Source: Protoeuglena noctilucae (lineage: Eukaryota). From it: 64,000 nt of DNA. The stretch spans positions 496,001 through 560,000 of the forward strand of contig OY253684.1 of NCBI GenBank assembly GCA_958009085.1. The letters run 5' to 3'. Below the pieces are notes generated by a model. It saw nothing but the letters and a program-made list of their open reading frames with translations. It was not told the origin of the DNA and did not search any database. Made by a program: the position numbers and the translations under genes. This document shows, piece after piece, positions 36,201 through 48,326 of the stretch (the first letter of the stretch is position 1; the number at the start of each line of letters is the position of its first letter).

Positions 36201-37798
36201 AGGCGCGGGAGAGGAAGGCGAACCGAGAGGCGGCGGCAGTGGCGGCGGCGGAGGTGACTAATTGACTGAACAGGACCAAGGGCACGCAGCTTAGACTTGG
36301 GGTCTGTTGCTCGTACCACCACCACCCTGCACCCGTGCTGCGCTCGCAGGTTTCCGCCCGTGGCCGCCGCAAATTCGCCGACGAGTTCCCCGACGAAGCC
36401 TCCAGCGACGGTGACGATTCTGACGAAGGGAACGGGCAGGGCGAGGGCACGGGTCTGGGTTTCGGTTTGAATCCTGGGTCGGGGGGTCGCTTCCAGGATG
36501 CAGAGTTCTTCATCCCCTACCAGCCGGGGAACGGCAAGGCTGAGGAGCACTACAGGTGAGGGGGAGTGGTGGGGTGGGGGGCGTGAGAGGGTGAGAGTAG
36601 CAGTGGGGGTGGCTGGGAGGGTGCGGGTGTGGGAGAGGGTGGTCATGATCACTGTTACTGCTATCACTGCTATCATAGCTGCTGATATGAAATTTTTTTC
36701 GATTGGCAATGAAAACACATTATCATGTCACCCTCACCGGCCGCAGTCTCCACGACAGCCACGGGGCGGTGGATGACGCCGTGATGGACCTGGTGGGGGA
36801 GGACGCGGAGGGCATGCGCAAGGCCCGCAGCGACTATTTCTGGGACAAGAAGCGTCGGCGGTACGTGAAGCTGCAGAAGGCCGAGTCGGTGACGGCGAGC
36901 GGCAAGCGCGTCATCAAGAACGAGGCGGGGCGGCTGGTGAAGGTCAAGGGAGGTGGCACGGGTGAGGGTGGGCGCGTGCATGCGGTGGCTGGTGAAGGTC
37001 AAGTGGGGCGGCAGGGGTGAGGGTGGTTGCATGCTCGCAGTGGCTGGGGTGCGTAGTACACTAGCGTGGCCAGGGTGACCGAGATCCAACGTGCAACCGA
37101 TCGACCAAGATCCAACGTGTAACCGATACTGCCCCCTGGCTCTCAGGTCGCTACAAGGATTGGGTGAAGCGGACGCATCAAAAGGTGGCGTCGTCGGGAT
37201 CGAATGAGGACGCGGGGGCGGGGGCGCTGGCACGATCCGTGGGGACGGCGGCGGGGGTGCGCCAGAAGTTTGGGCGGGAGAGGGGGCCGGGTGCGAAGGC
37301 GGCGCGCAGTGCGGGCGGGGATGGCTTCGGGAAGGGCCACGTGCCGAGGGACGAGCTCAAGACTCCAGATCAGGTGCGGGGGTGGTGATGGTGGTGTGAG
37401 TGGTGTGTGTGGCTGTAAGTGGTGGTGGACCAAGGGGTGGTGGTGGTGTGAGTGTTGAGGGCGGAGGTGCGTGCAGTTGCAGTGCTGGGGACATTGACCA
37501 ATTCGATCCTCTCATGCATCGCCCGACATATGCACTCATTGCCTCTCTCTGTACTCATGCATCGCCCCGCACACCATGCATTCCCCAGGTCCGCAAGGAG
37601 CGCGCCATCAAGGCCAAGCGGCAGGGCCACGAGGCCAAAGTGCATGCGCAAAAGGCGGCAAGGGGCAAGGTGGTGGGCAAGCCGGGGCAGAGGGTCAAGG
37701 GCGGCGGGCTCAAGCCGCGGGGTGGGGTGGTCAAGAAGGGTAGGGGTGGTAAGGGCGGCAAGCCCCGCGTGGGACAGAAAGGGCGGGGTAAGAAGTGA
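33220..37798 (+). CDS. DDX54: DEAD-box RNA helicase DDX54/Dbp10; multi-exon; a further 5' exon near 32936 is possible
   Basis: [59 protein letters not shown]10CT-like [11 protein letters not shown] and ELKTPDQ. Confidence 0.95.
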
Positions 37799-37818
37799 GC
37801 GGTGTTGGTTTGTGGGTT

Positions 37819-37823
37819 TGTAA
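37819..37823 (+). terminator. Candidate TGTAA polyadenylation signal of DDX54
   Basis: TGTAA 20 nt after the stop codon; this is the known chlorophyte poly(A) signal. Confidence 0.45.
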
Positions 37824-38031
37824 CTTTGTGTCTTTGCAATTTGGAGCTAGCTCGTGGCAGATGAGCAGCTTTTCTAAAAGCATTTGTCATAGTAGTCGAG
37901 CTTTGCTACTTGCGCCGCTCTGGTTCATCCTGTCGACAAATTCAAAGTTTGTGCCCGAGCCCCGTCATCAGATACACACCCGTTCCAGTCCATCCAGCCC
38001 AAGTCAGCCCGCCCAGCCCCCACGGTCACCG

Positions 38032-39965
38032 TCAGCGCGCAGCCCTTTGCAGAGGGCTCAAAGGCGCACGCTGCCGGCCAGGAGTGACACCCGGGGCAAA
38101 CCGAACCGTCTTCTTCCCAGCCCTGGCGCCCGGCCCATCCCCACCCGCACCCTCCCCGGCGAGGGGGCTCGGCAATGCGCCCGCCCTGCAAGGACCGACA
38201 CCTTATGAGGCGTGAGGAGGGCGTGTGACCGACCTCTCAACACCCTGAGCCTGCCCTGTTTCACAGACATCCCCGTCGACATTGCTCCCTCTCTGGTCAC
38301 CTCAGTGTTTCTGGCGGCCTGTTCTCCGCCTCCTGGGCGCCCCCCGCGAACTCTGGCAGGGCGATGACGCGCTTGACGTACTCGCCCACGTGCGTCAGAA
38401 ACACCCCGTAGAAGTCCTTCAGGCTTCCCCGCCTCGTCACCCGCACCTGCGTCCCGGCGTCCACCTCCAGGCTCAGCTCCACCTGCGTGCACGGCCGCAT
38501 GCCATGGGGTGACCCACGTCCCACAAACTGACTTCAGGCAATGTGAACCGACACACCTGACCACTCATGCGCTCCCAGCAGGCAGACAGCACCAGACATT
38601 GTGCACACTTCAGCAACCAGGCTAGTCTAAGCTCATGCACAAGCTCTGAAGCCAGCCGCGTCACTTGCTTGCTCGGACCTGTGAGTCGGGCCCCACCAGG
38701 GCGGTGACTTGAGCGGCGGCCTCTGCCACCTGCCGCAAGTGGATGGGCGCCGACAAGGAACCGCGCATGCCTCGGGCGGCTGCGTAGATCACGCACACCG
38801 CCACGGGCCACACGCCCCTCCCGTGGAACAGATGCGAGTGCTCGTGGGCGACCTCCTGACTCAGGCTGCCGGCCAGGCGCAGGAAACGCGCTGCCGAGTC
38901 CGCTGCCTCCTCCATCACCTGGGGGACAGCATGCACTCGCAGCACGGTTGTGTCTGTTCGCGCCACATACTCACAGAGGGCAGAGGCCAAATGGCGTAAC
39001 GCTGGGACCCGTGAGGTAGGTCTCCACGACGTGGGGGCATGGTGCACGCAAGGCTGGTTACATTCATGTAATTCGCGACCGCCTGTCTTACCAGGCGAGT
39101 GCCCAAGGCAGCCACGGCGTCGTTTAGCGCTTGGGCCATGTCACGGTGTGCGGCGGCGATGAGGCGGCAGTCCCCTTGGGCCAGGCACGCGCCGCCGCCC
39201 TGCAGAATAGCTGTGAAAGTGTCGGCGCCGTTGCACCAGAGGAAGTGCTCCGTGATGAGGCTCTTGAGGGTGGCAACGGTGCTCTTGACGACGGGCGGGG
39301 CTCCGAGCGCGCCGCCGGAGAGGAGCTCGTCCAGAACGTAGGCCGCGAAGAGCACGGCGAGCGGATAGCTGCTCGCGATGGACGCGTGCGTGAGGTCTCC
39401 GTCCTCCTGGGCGCCCTCCAGCAGCATGCGGGACAGCGTTGCGGGCGTCTCCAGGACCGCAGCGGACGTGAGGCAGCAGGCTTCGACGAAGCTGAGCGGG
39501 AAGAGACCTTCATCGCGCTCTCCTGCAGGACGTGGGTGGTGGAGCAGGCCGTCGGCGGTGGAGGGCAGGGGCGGACAGGTTCACACTGAGCAGCCCTCAC
39601 CGGCGGCGTACGGGACGCTTTCCTCCAACAAGACCTCAGTCATCGCCTTAAGAGCCCCTTTTGCTGATGGGCTCGCGGTGTTGCCCGACCGCTCGATCAG
39701 CGCGTCCAGCGTTTGGTCCTGCAGCAGGCGTCGGCGATGTGACCCGTGATGCGGGCGCGGAGGGAGTATCGTGCAGCCTATGCCGCACCATGTGACTCGC
39801 CATCGAGTTAAGGACTCTTGCAGTGTACGCGGGCCGCCCACGACGCCCCGCTTCGCGGCCTTTGAGGGCCGAGTAGAGCGCGTCCCGCGGCACCCGTTCG
39901 TGGCTCGCCGTGAACTCGCTGAGCCAACATGCAAGTTCATTTTCGTCGCAATTGGAGTCTCGCAT
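38032..39965 (-). CDS. Divergent retinoblastoma-like pocket protein (A and B boxes plus short C-terminal tail); start uncertain
   Basis: A-box-like LACWLSEF...VPRDAL, LFPLSFVEACCLT, TLKSLITEHFLWCNG. B-box-like SHLFHGRGVWPVAVCVIYAAAR and GSLKDFYGVFL. Tail with SP/TP sites and KKTVRF. Confidence 0.65.
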
Positions 39966-40262
39966 GGTCGAGCAGCTGCGAGAGCCCCTCAAGTGAGAGG
40001 ACCCGAGTTGGACCTGGGATGCAGGCACCAAGCACGACTCCAGGCTCGGTGACGTGTACGTGGCAGCAAAAGGATGACCTCAGCGCGTCGACAGCCGCAG
40101 TGATAGCAGCGATGAAAAGGACGTGCACACTGCAGTCAGGCGCGCAAGCGACATTTTGGCGCAGGTGCGGCCGCCTCCCGATCACAACGGGCTGCCCGCG
40201 TATGCTCTTGCCGGTCCAGCTCCTCTGATCCATCGCGCCCTTCAGCTGCCGGCGCGCGCAGC

Positions 40263-41638
40263 ATGGGGCCGCGGATCTGCTTCACCGACCTCGATGGCAC
40301 GCTCGCTCACCTCGAGGGCGAGGTGCATGAACTCGGGACGGTCAGATATGGGGCAGGGGACCAGAGCAGGTGAGGCATGGGAAAGGACCGGGCGAAGTCA
40401 CTCGGTCTGCTTGCGTCGCTGCATATGACGCGAAGCGAGATGAATGCGCACCGCAGACCGTTCGTGCGGGAAGTGGAGTTCACGGACAAGGAGACAGGTA
40501 CCAAGCATCGGCTCATCCGCCTCCTCCCGACGCCCAGGCGAGCCTCGGTTGGGATGCGCCTTGTCCACCGCGCTCCAAGGACGGCAGAGCCGGATTCTAT
40601 GACCCGAAAGTACATCATTCGTACTTTCGCTATCCCTAGGGCTGAGCGCGGACCTGCCCCTTCGCCGAACACGCGCGGGCCTCAGGCATGTGGCTGGCCG
40701 TGCGCACAGGGGCACGGTGAGCTATGTCTCGGTCAAGACGCTCGAGCGACTGGAGCGGTTGAGGGCCTCGGGCGTCGTGCTGGTCCTGGTCACAGCGGCG
40801 AGGCTCGGCACGCTCGCCGCGCGGCTCCATGGGCTGCCAGTGGCCGACGCGTACCTCATCGAGAGTGGGGGCCGCATCCTGCACTTCGACACGGAGGGTT
40901 CGCCGCCGCTGGGTGCCGCCCCGCTGCGGGAGGACATGGAGTGGCGCGCGCGGTTCGAGAGGCACGCCGGGCTGCACTTCGAGGAGCAGACGCCACCCGC
41001 CGAGCGCTCGGGGCTCGTCTGGGACTGCTACCGCAGGCTGGCCGGCCGGCCCGGGGTGACTATCGACGCGGGTTACACGACCACGTTCCGGGTGAAGGGC
41101 GCCCCGGAGGATCTGGAGCGCATCGCTGCGGAGGTCGCGAGCGTGGGTGGTGAGGAGGACGCGCTGCAGTGCTTCTACAACCTGGGCATGCTGGACGTCA
41201 TGCCGCGAGGGAGCGGCAAGGTCAACGCGGCGCGGTACGTCATGGAGCGGCTCGGGGCACGCCCGGAGGACTGCGTGATGCTTTGCGACGACCAGAACGA
41301 CTTGCAGCTGGCCGAGTACGTCGGGCGCGCGTTCGTGCCCACCATCGCACACCCTGCGGTCGAAGCCGCCGCGCGCGCTCGACCGGACCATTATCTTTTA
41401 GCCCGGGTGAGTCTCCTTGACCATGCGCTGCGTCGTTGTTGCCTTTCAGGGTTGTCACCTCACTGGTGGCACTGCCCGTAGATGGGCCTGAAGCTGCCTG
41501 GGAGACAGCCCGCCTGACCTGCCCCCGCAGGACATTAAAGACGCGGCATGGAACCCCTCCGGACGCGTGCGGGGCACTATGGCCACGGACTTGGTTCTGG
41601 CAGAGGTCCTGCGCCACTTCGGCGTGTCAGAAACATAG
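40263..41638 (+). CDS. HAD-superfamily hydrolase, subfamily IIB (Cof/sucrose-phosphatase-like); spliced
   Basis: Motif I FTDLDGTL, motif II LVTAAR, IESGG, LDVMPRGSGKVNAA, motif IV CDDQNDL. Confidence 0.88.
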
Positions 41639-42160
41639 GGAAGGACCTGACGTCGTCCGCGTCACCCCACGCGTTCCTCTACCCATCGCTGCTGTTCCTA
41701 CACAATGGCACGCGCAGTTGACAAGAGTCACGAGCGCCGTCGTCGGACGGCGCAAACTTGAAGTGGCCCTGCCGTCTGCCAGATAGCTGTTGCTTGTCTG
41801 TACAACATGAGCTGGGTTGCTGATAAGGCATTCAACGTTTACTGGTGCCCGGCAGATGCTAGAGCACTCGAGCGCCACATCCGACAAACCAGACGTGGCG
41901 CGAGGGAAGTGAGGGGTGGCGCGGGAGTGGCAAGAGGGGGCGTGCGCAAAGGACCTACGCGTGCAACGGTGAGAAGGTGGGGGTACCAGCACAGAACCTG
42001 CTATAGCGAAGGCAGGCATGCCCAGCCGCCCAAGCCGGTCAGGCGGCATGGGATGGGCCGGACGCTCTCTATGTAGCTGGGGTGGGGGACAGGGCGAGCC
42101 AAAGCCTTTGGACTTGCGTTCTCGAGCTCCCTCGGTGTGGCCTGTCATGAGCCAGTGAGG

Positions 42161-45100
42161 TTACGCAGTTTCGCTCTCTGCCAAGGTGCGGGGGGGTATC
42201 TGGGGGACGGCCGGGACGACCGTGGCGGCCACCCCCGGCTCCGCCCTCTCGGGCATGTCCGCCAGGAGCGGGTACGCCCTGGCCGTGAGGACGCCAAGGT
42301 AGTGGAGGAGCTGGATGCGGTGGCCAGGCTCGAACGACACCCCGCGCAGGCTCTCGAGCATGGCGGACGCCCCCTTGGGCGACGCAGCCTGCCCGGCGTC
42401 CTGCCCGGTGTCCGACAGGGCCCTCGGCCGCGGGCCGCCCTGCAGCATGACGTGGAGCGCCCCCGCCGCCTGCACGTAGCGCATGGCTGCCTCGCGCGTA
42501 TCGCCCATCAGCTCCGCCACCGCCCCGGCCCGGCCCGCCTGGATGGCCGTCGTGTAGAGCGCCTGGGGATGCGGTGGTGGCCAGCGGAGTCATGTCACAT
42601 ACGGCTGGACTGGTAGCGCACGATCCATGCCTATCACGTGATGTGACTGGCCGCCCCAGCCTCGCCCATCCTCGCCTGCGCTGCGTCCGGCAGTGTCTCT
42701 GGCTCGGGAATGCCCTCCGCTTGCACGCGGAGACGGACTGCGTCCACCGACTGCACCACGGCCTGCATGCCGCCACGCAGCACGGGCTCCACCAGAGCCG
42801 CCTCCTTGCAGACCTCCGAGTCCTGGACACAGGGACGCAGATGGTGGAAATCGAACGTATTCCCACGCAGGCAGGGCAGCGAGGCACAAGAAGCGGATCT
42901 GTTGCCGACAAGTACTCCTATGCTGACTGTCAGCGGCACATGCTCGGCATCGTCGCAAAGAGTGCACATGTGGCGATGCGCATGCTTTGTCCCGCGTCGC
43001 AAGGGCACTTGCCTGGACGCCGGCAACGCCCCGGAGGATGTTCTGCGCAAACACGTGACCCTCCTCCAAGATCGACAGGCAGAGGAGCATGAGGGACTGC
43101 AGTGAGGGAGTGGAGACGGCATCCTCAGCGTGGCCGGCCAGCCCCGATGGGCCGCATAAGATAATTCATCAGCAGCACAGCCTGGTTGGCATTGATGTAA
43201 GGTATGATAATGCAAAAGGCGAACCACTATGAATAAACCACCCACCAGGGCGTCGAACCACTGCCCCTGCGCCGCCACGTCCCGCGCGCACTCCCACACC
43301 GCCCCAGCCGAGCACTGGTGGTTGTGGAGCCGGGCAGCCGGGTGCGCGTGCTCCAGCCCCTCCTCCACGGCGATGGGCAGCTGAAGTAACGTGGAGGGCT
43401 CGGACAGGTGCCCGGGCAGGCCATCGAGCATCACCCGGCGCATACGGCCCACGCCGTGGTCCTGCGCCGCGACCGACTCCGCGGCCTGCCCTGACTCAGG
43501 GGCCTCCGGGCCGCGGTCGACGGGCAGCCCGTCCACGATGACGTAGCCCCCGCCCAGCAGGCCGCCCTCGCTGGCCCCGAGGGAGTCCCCCGGCTGCCGC
43601 TGCCGCGCGCCCTCGTCGACGCGGCGCGACAGCCTCTCGCGGTGGTCCCGGATGTCCTGCTGGCTCGGCCGCACGTGGGTGGCCTCGCGGGAGAGCTTGG
43701 TGCAGTCGAGCTGCCTGGCCACGTCTCTTATCTCCGCCTGAAGCACCGAGTCCGTGAGGGCCTCCCCCGACGCCCCTTCCATGAAAGTGCCCGAGGACGC
43801 GTCGTCGCCGCTCTGGGACCCGGAGCTGAGAAAGGGGTGCCCGAAGAACTCCGCCCAAGACAGTCGGTCCTGGGGCCGCCTCCGCAGCAGGCGAAGGATG
43901 AGGTCCTGGCACATGGGGCTGAGTCGGGTCGCAGCGCGCTCCGGGATGCGCACGGGCGCCTTCTCAATGTTCTGGAGCAGGTGCACGGGGTTCTGGCCCG
44001 TAAAGGGAGGCCGCCCGCACACCATCTCGAACAGGATTGTGCCCACGCTCCACAGGTCGGCGCTGGCGTCGTAACGCTGGAAGCGCTGCGGGTAGGGGTG
44101 AGAGGCAAACGCACATGGAGCTGACTGGATAGTCAACGACCCGCATAATGCTTCTCGACCGACTCGCGCGTCGCGACAGCCTCCCACCGCCGCGCCGCAA
44201 GTGGACATCCCACGGTCATACGGCGCGCAACTGCATTTCACGCGTTGCTAATCCATCGTGTGCGATCGCGGCGTCGCCTCACCAGGATCTCTGGTGCCAT
44301 GTACAGTGGCGACCCACACAGCGTGTTGGCCATGGCCTGGCTCTGCAGCTCCCGGACGAAGCCGAAATCAGCAATCTGCAAACGCGGCAATCCAAAGCGT
44401 GCTCTGCGCCTCGCTGCACACGCGCTCGCCCCTGCGTGGCCTGACACTCGACACCCCGACCGCAAGCGCTCGTCTCGCCGCATCCAGCAGCAGGCGCCGG
44501 GGCTTCTGGCCTCACCTTGAGCTGCAGCTGGTCATGCTTGGACGCCAGCAGCAGGTTCTGCGGCTTGAGGTCACGATGGATGAGGTCGGCCTCCCGGAGG
44601 GCGCGGAGGCCGGCCGCCAGCTGCTGGAAGAAGTACAGGGCCTCCTTCTCCGGGAGAGGCCCGCGCGTGCGGATGAGCTGACTCAGGTCCCCCGCCGAGC
44701 AGAACTCGAGGATGAGGAAGAGGCGGTCCTGGCGACGACAGAGGTCCAGGAGCGCCACCACGTTCGGGTGGCGGATGCGCTTCAGGACCGACACCTCGGA
44801 CTCCAGGCTCTGGAAGCGGGGCAAAGCAACAGGACGCCATGGGCTATCGCTGTGACATGGCGGGGCGGTCGCGCGGCTGGGGAGTGTGGAAAAGATGCCA
44901 GCATGGTGCTCCAGCTCACCTGCCGTAACTTGGCGTCGAGTCGGCCCAGCGGAATCTCCTTTACTGCGGCTTCCTGCCCCGTCGCGAGGTTGCGGGCGTA
45001 CCACACGACGCTGAAGGACCCAATGCCGATCTGCTGGCCCAGCTCCCAGTCCCCCACCATCCGGGTGCTTCCTGCGCGTCGGCGGGGAGCCAGGGCAATG

Positions 45101-45230
45101 GTGACGAGGCGCGTCGCCACGGACGAGGCCATGCAGGCGGCCAGGCGGCCCGCAGGCGCCAATTGCAGCACGCACCTGAAGCGCCATGGGCGCCCTGCTG
45201 CCGCTCGATCGTCTCCTGCTCGACCGACAT
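42161..45230 (-). CDS. ATG1: Autophagy-related Ser/Thr kinase ATG1/ULK; multi-exon
   Basis: [58 protein letters not shown]-terminal MIT-like [13 protein letters not shown]...GAVAELMG. Confidence 0.93.
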
Positions 45231-46035
45231 CCGCGACCCGTTGCCAGGAGTACAGACGCACGGGAAGCGCGCCGTCCGCGACCCCACCGACCGCCCGGCC
45301 CCGGCAATTGGCCCCCGTGACCGGGGCCACCCTTTTGAAGGCCGGCGCGGGAAATTGGCCTGCGTCGAGGACCCAGTGGATGGAGATTCGGACATACAAT
45401 GCGGCCATATCAAAGCGGGGGCTCGGGGAGCGGCCGACAGTCCCCCGTCGACACGATGATGCACCCGGGGGAACTTGCCACCCGCAGGCCGCCGCGACGC
45501 GTCGAGCGAGAAAAGCGCGCGCCTCGTGGCAGATTTGCTCGTACAGAGCACAGGGTTGGCGCTTTTGTCAAGGCCCGAGCGCGGTGGGAGTCGGTGCCCA
45601 TGGCGCGATGGTGCGCGGGAGCCACGACGGCCTCTGCCGCGCGACCATGGCCGCGCAGGGCTAGAGACGCGCGCACCTGACCGGAACGGCTTCGTCGAGG
45701 CCAAAAAGTCTCGCCTTGGCAACGACAGGCCCCCCTCGGGGCGCTCGCTTCGTCTTCTCGGTTTTGTTCGACCGGCCGGTGCCAAACTCTCGTTCCGACG
45801 CAATGGCTGCCGACGAGGGGTGCTGTTGCTCCTGCAGAAGGCCCCGCGCAAACTTGATTTTGTGAATGTCGTTTCTGGCGTACGACAGACGAGCCGCAGA
45901 ACGGCGCAGATGCCGGCATTTGTCCTTTATATCAGTTAAAGGGTTAGGCCGACTTCATTGTTTGCTGTCCACCCCGCGTGCCCGAGCCTGTCTCGTCGTC
46001 CCCGCGGCTTCGGACGCAGTTGGGGCCGGGAGGCG

Positions 46036-48176
46036 GCGCGGTGGCGCTCGAAGAGATGTCGGGGGTGGAGGACGTGGCGTCGGGCAGGCCACCGCCCACT
46101 CCCCCCCAGCCAATTCGGGGCGCGGACTCGCGGCCGGGCGGGACGCCGAGCGCGAGCCCGTCAGTCTCTGGAACTTCCGCAGGCGAGCAATGTGGTGGCA
46201 CTGAAAGCGCTGGCTCCACGGCGGAAGAGGGATTTTCCGCGTCGCGCCCATGGGCATGCGCAGTAGGCTCTCTCCCAAATTTGTCGCCCTGATCGCGTCA
46301 GCCGGCCCGCCCGATCCCTCAAAGGACACATTGCCGTTTTTCCGTGCCTCGCAGGCCCTCCGGGACGGCCGCCCAGCTTAAAATCTCAGCGCCGGTCCTC
46401 CGCTTCGCAAATGGTGAGCTTGCAGTTCATGGATTTACCGCGCCCCGCCGTTTTCGGTCTGGCAGCCTGCAAGCAGCGAAGGGGAGCGGACCCAGGAGCG
46501 GGCCCGGGTCCCTCCGCAGATGGGCGACGCGATGCTCGTGCGTGGACACTCGGACCCCCTTGCGCCCACGTACATCGCCAAGCGGATGGACGAGCTGACC
46601 CGTCCGAAGTCTCAGGTGACCATGGAATCGAATGCAATGCTCGCTGGCTCTACAGGGCTCGATCTCGCACGCCAGGGTGCCGCCTCACTCACCAGGATTC
46701 GCACGCCAGGGTGCCGCCTCACTCTCACCACACTGTTGCCTTCTGCAGCAGGGCACTGGGACGCCCCCCCGCGGCCATTCGAAGAATACGTCCGTCGGCG
46801 ACGAGTCCGCGGCGTGGGCCGGCGTGGCGACGCGATCGGGCCCCGCCTCCGAGTCGACGAGGTCGTCCGCGCAAGCGAGCGACGTGAGCGCGGGCCTGGA
46901 GCCGGCGCGCGGCCCCCGAAGCAGCAGCGCGGACGGCGACGCGCCGCTGGACATCCGGAGCGTGGGGAGCGAGGAGAGCGACGCTGGGAATGGTTTGTCG
47001 GATGACGCCGTCCCCGCCGCCCACGTCCCCCTCGTGTTCAATGGACCGGCGGGACCGGGGCATGCCGCGGGCGGTACCGGCCTCGCGGCCGCGCGAATGT
47101 TTGTGGTGGACGCGGTGGTGCAGTCACGCGCGGGGCACCGCTCCATGGTCAGCCTGGTGGGGTCCATCCTCGAGACGGACCACGTCGCCTTGCCGGGACT
47201 CGCGCTGGAGGAGGCGTGCGCCCCGGCCGCGCCCGTGGAGGGCCGCTACGCCGAGAACGTGGACCGCGGGTTTCCCGACGCCTCGACGAGTGGCCCTGGC
47301 TCGGCTGCGGGGGCGGCGCGCGTTCGCGTGGTGCGGGGCGGGGTGCGCCTGACGGTGCGCTATGAGCCGCCGAGCCCCAAGTTCCGGCAGAAGAACCCAG
47401 GGATGGTTTCCTTCCGCGTGGCTGTGTCAGAGCAGCCCGCCCAGGAGTCAGAGTCCTCCGAGTCAACTGCCTTCCTGGTGCGTGCTACAGAGACACGCTT
47501 GCGCATGTGCTGCTTCAGGTGTCAGGTGTGTGAGGGGGCTGTTGACGGTCGCGCAGGCGCCCATCGCCACGCGCTGTGCGTGTGAGCCTCCCGCACTCAG
47601 CTGGGGGTAGCGATGCGTTTTGAGAAATGGCATCTCGCGCATATGGCCGTCCTTTCTCACTTTGTGTCGCAGTACTCGATGCGAGGGATGAGCGGGACGG
47701 CATGGCACGACCCGGACCTGAGAGTGCTGGTGTGGGACCGGCTGGCGCTGTTGTTCCGGGACAGGAAGAGCGAGGACGTGTTCGTGAAGATTGTGGGGAA
47801 CACCGTTGCCATTAAGCAGATGGGCGGTGGTGCCGAGGTGGGGGCCATTCGCAACTCTGATTCAGGCGATGCACACTGGGACGCTTGTCTGTCGGATTCA
47901 ATTCCCGCGCATGTGTCTGCTTCGCAGTGGGCCCGCGTGGCGCGTTTGGCACCCAAGGCTGCGATCTGTGGGCCCTCGTGGGTGGCGGAGGACCCAGGGG
48001 ACGGCGGCTGGGTCGGGGCGGTGTGCCGCGCGGTGTCAGACTGGCGTTTCATGGGCGCCGTCGTGACCGTGGGGGCGTTTGTCGCCGTCACTGCGCTGGA
48101 CCGGCGCAGCGGCCGCGGCGCGCTGTCCGGCGTGCGACGGTGGGCCGCGTCCTTTGTCCAAGCGCTCACGGGATGA
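46036..48176 (+). CDS. Hypothetical protein with a C-terminal hydrophobic helix (tail-anchored candidate); spliced
   Basis: In-frame exon chain ...RPKSQ|GTGTPP...STAFL|YSMRGM..., ending WRFMGAVVTVGAFVAVTALDRR...; no family recognised. Confidence 0.6.
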
Positions 48177-48326
48177 CGCACATAGCATATAGGAAGTTGT
48201 CACTAGTTATATCTCTGCTCTCATTGACTCTAACTGGCTCATCTCCGCCCACTATCATTCAGTTGTGCAACAGATGAAGAGAGGTAGAGCTAGACTGGGC
48301 TCAGCATATTGCATGGCCAAGAAGGC

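Noticed and set aside
47340..47430. tRNA-splicing endonuclease SEN54 similarity (YEPPSPKFRQKNPG)
   Set aside because: A single short motif; no SEN54 N-terminal motif and the protein ends in a TM-like helix.
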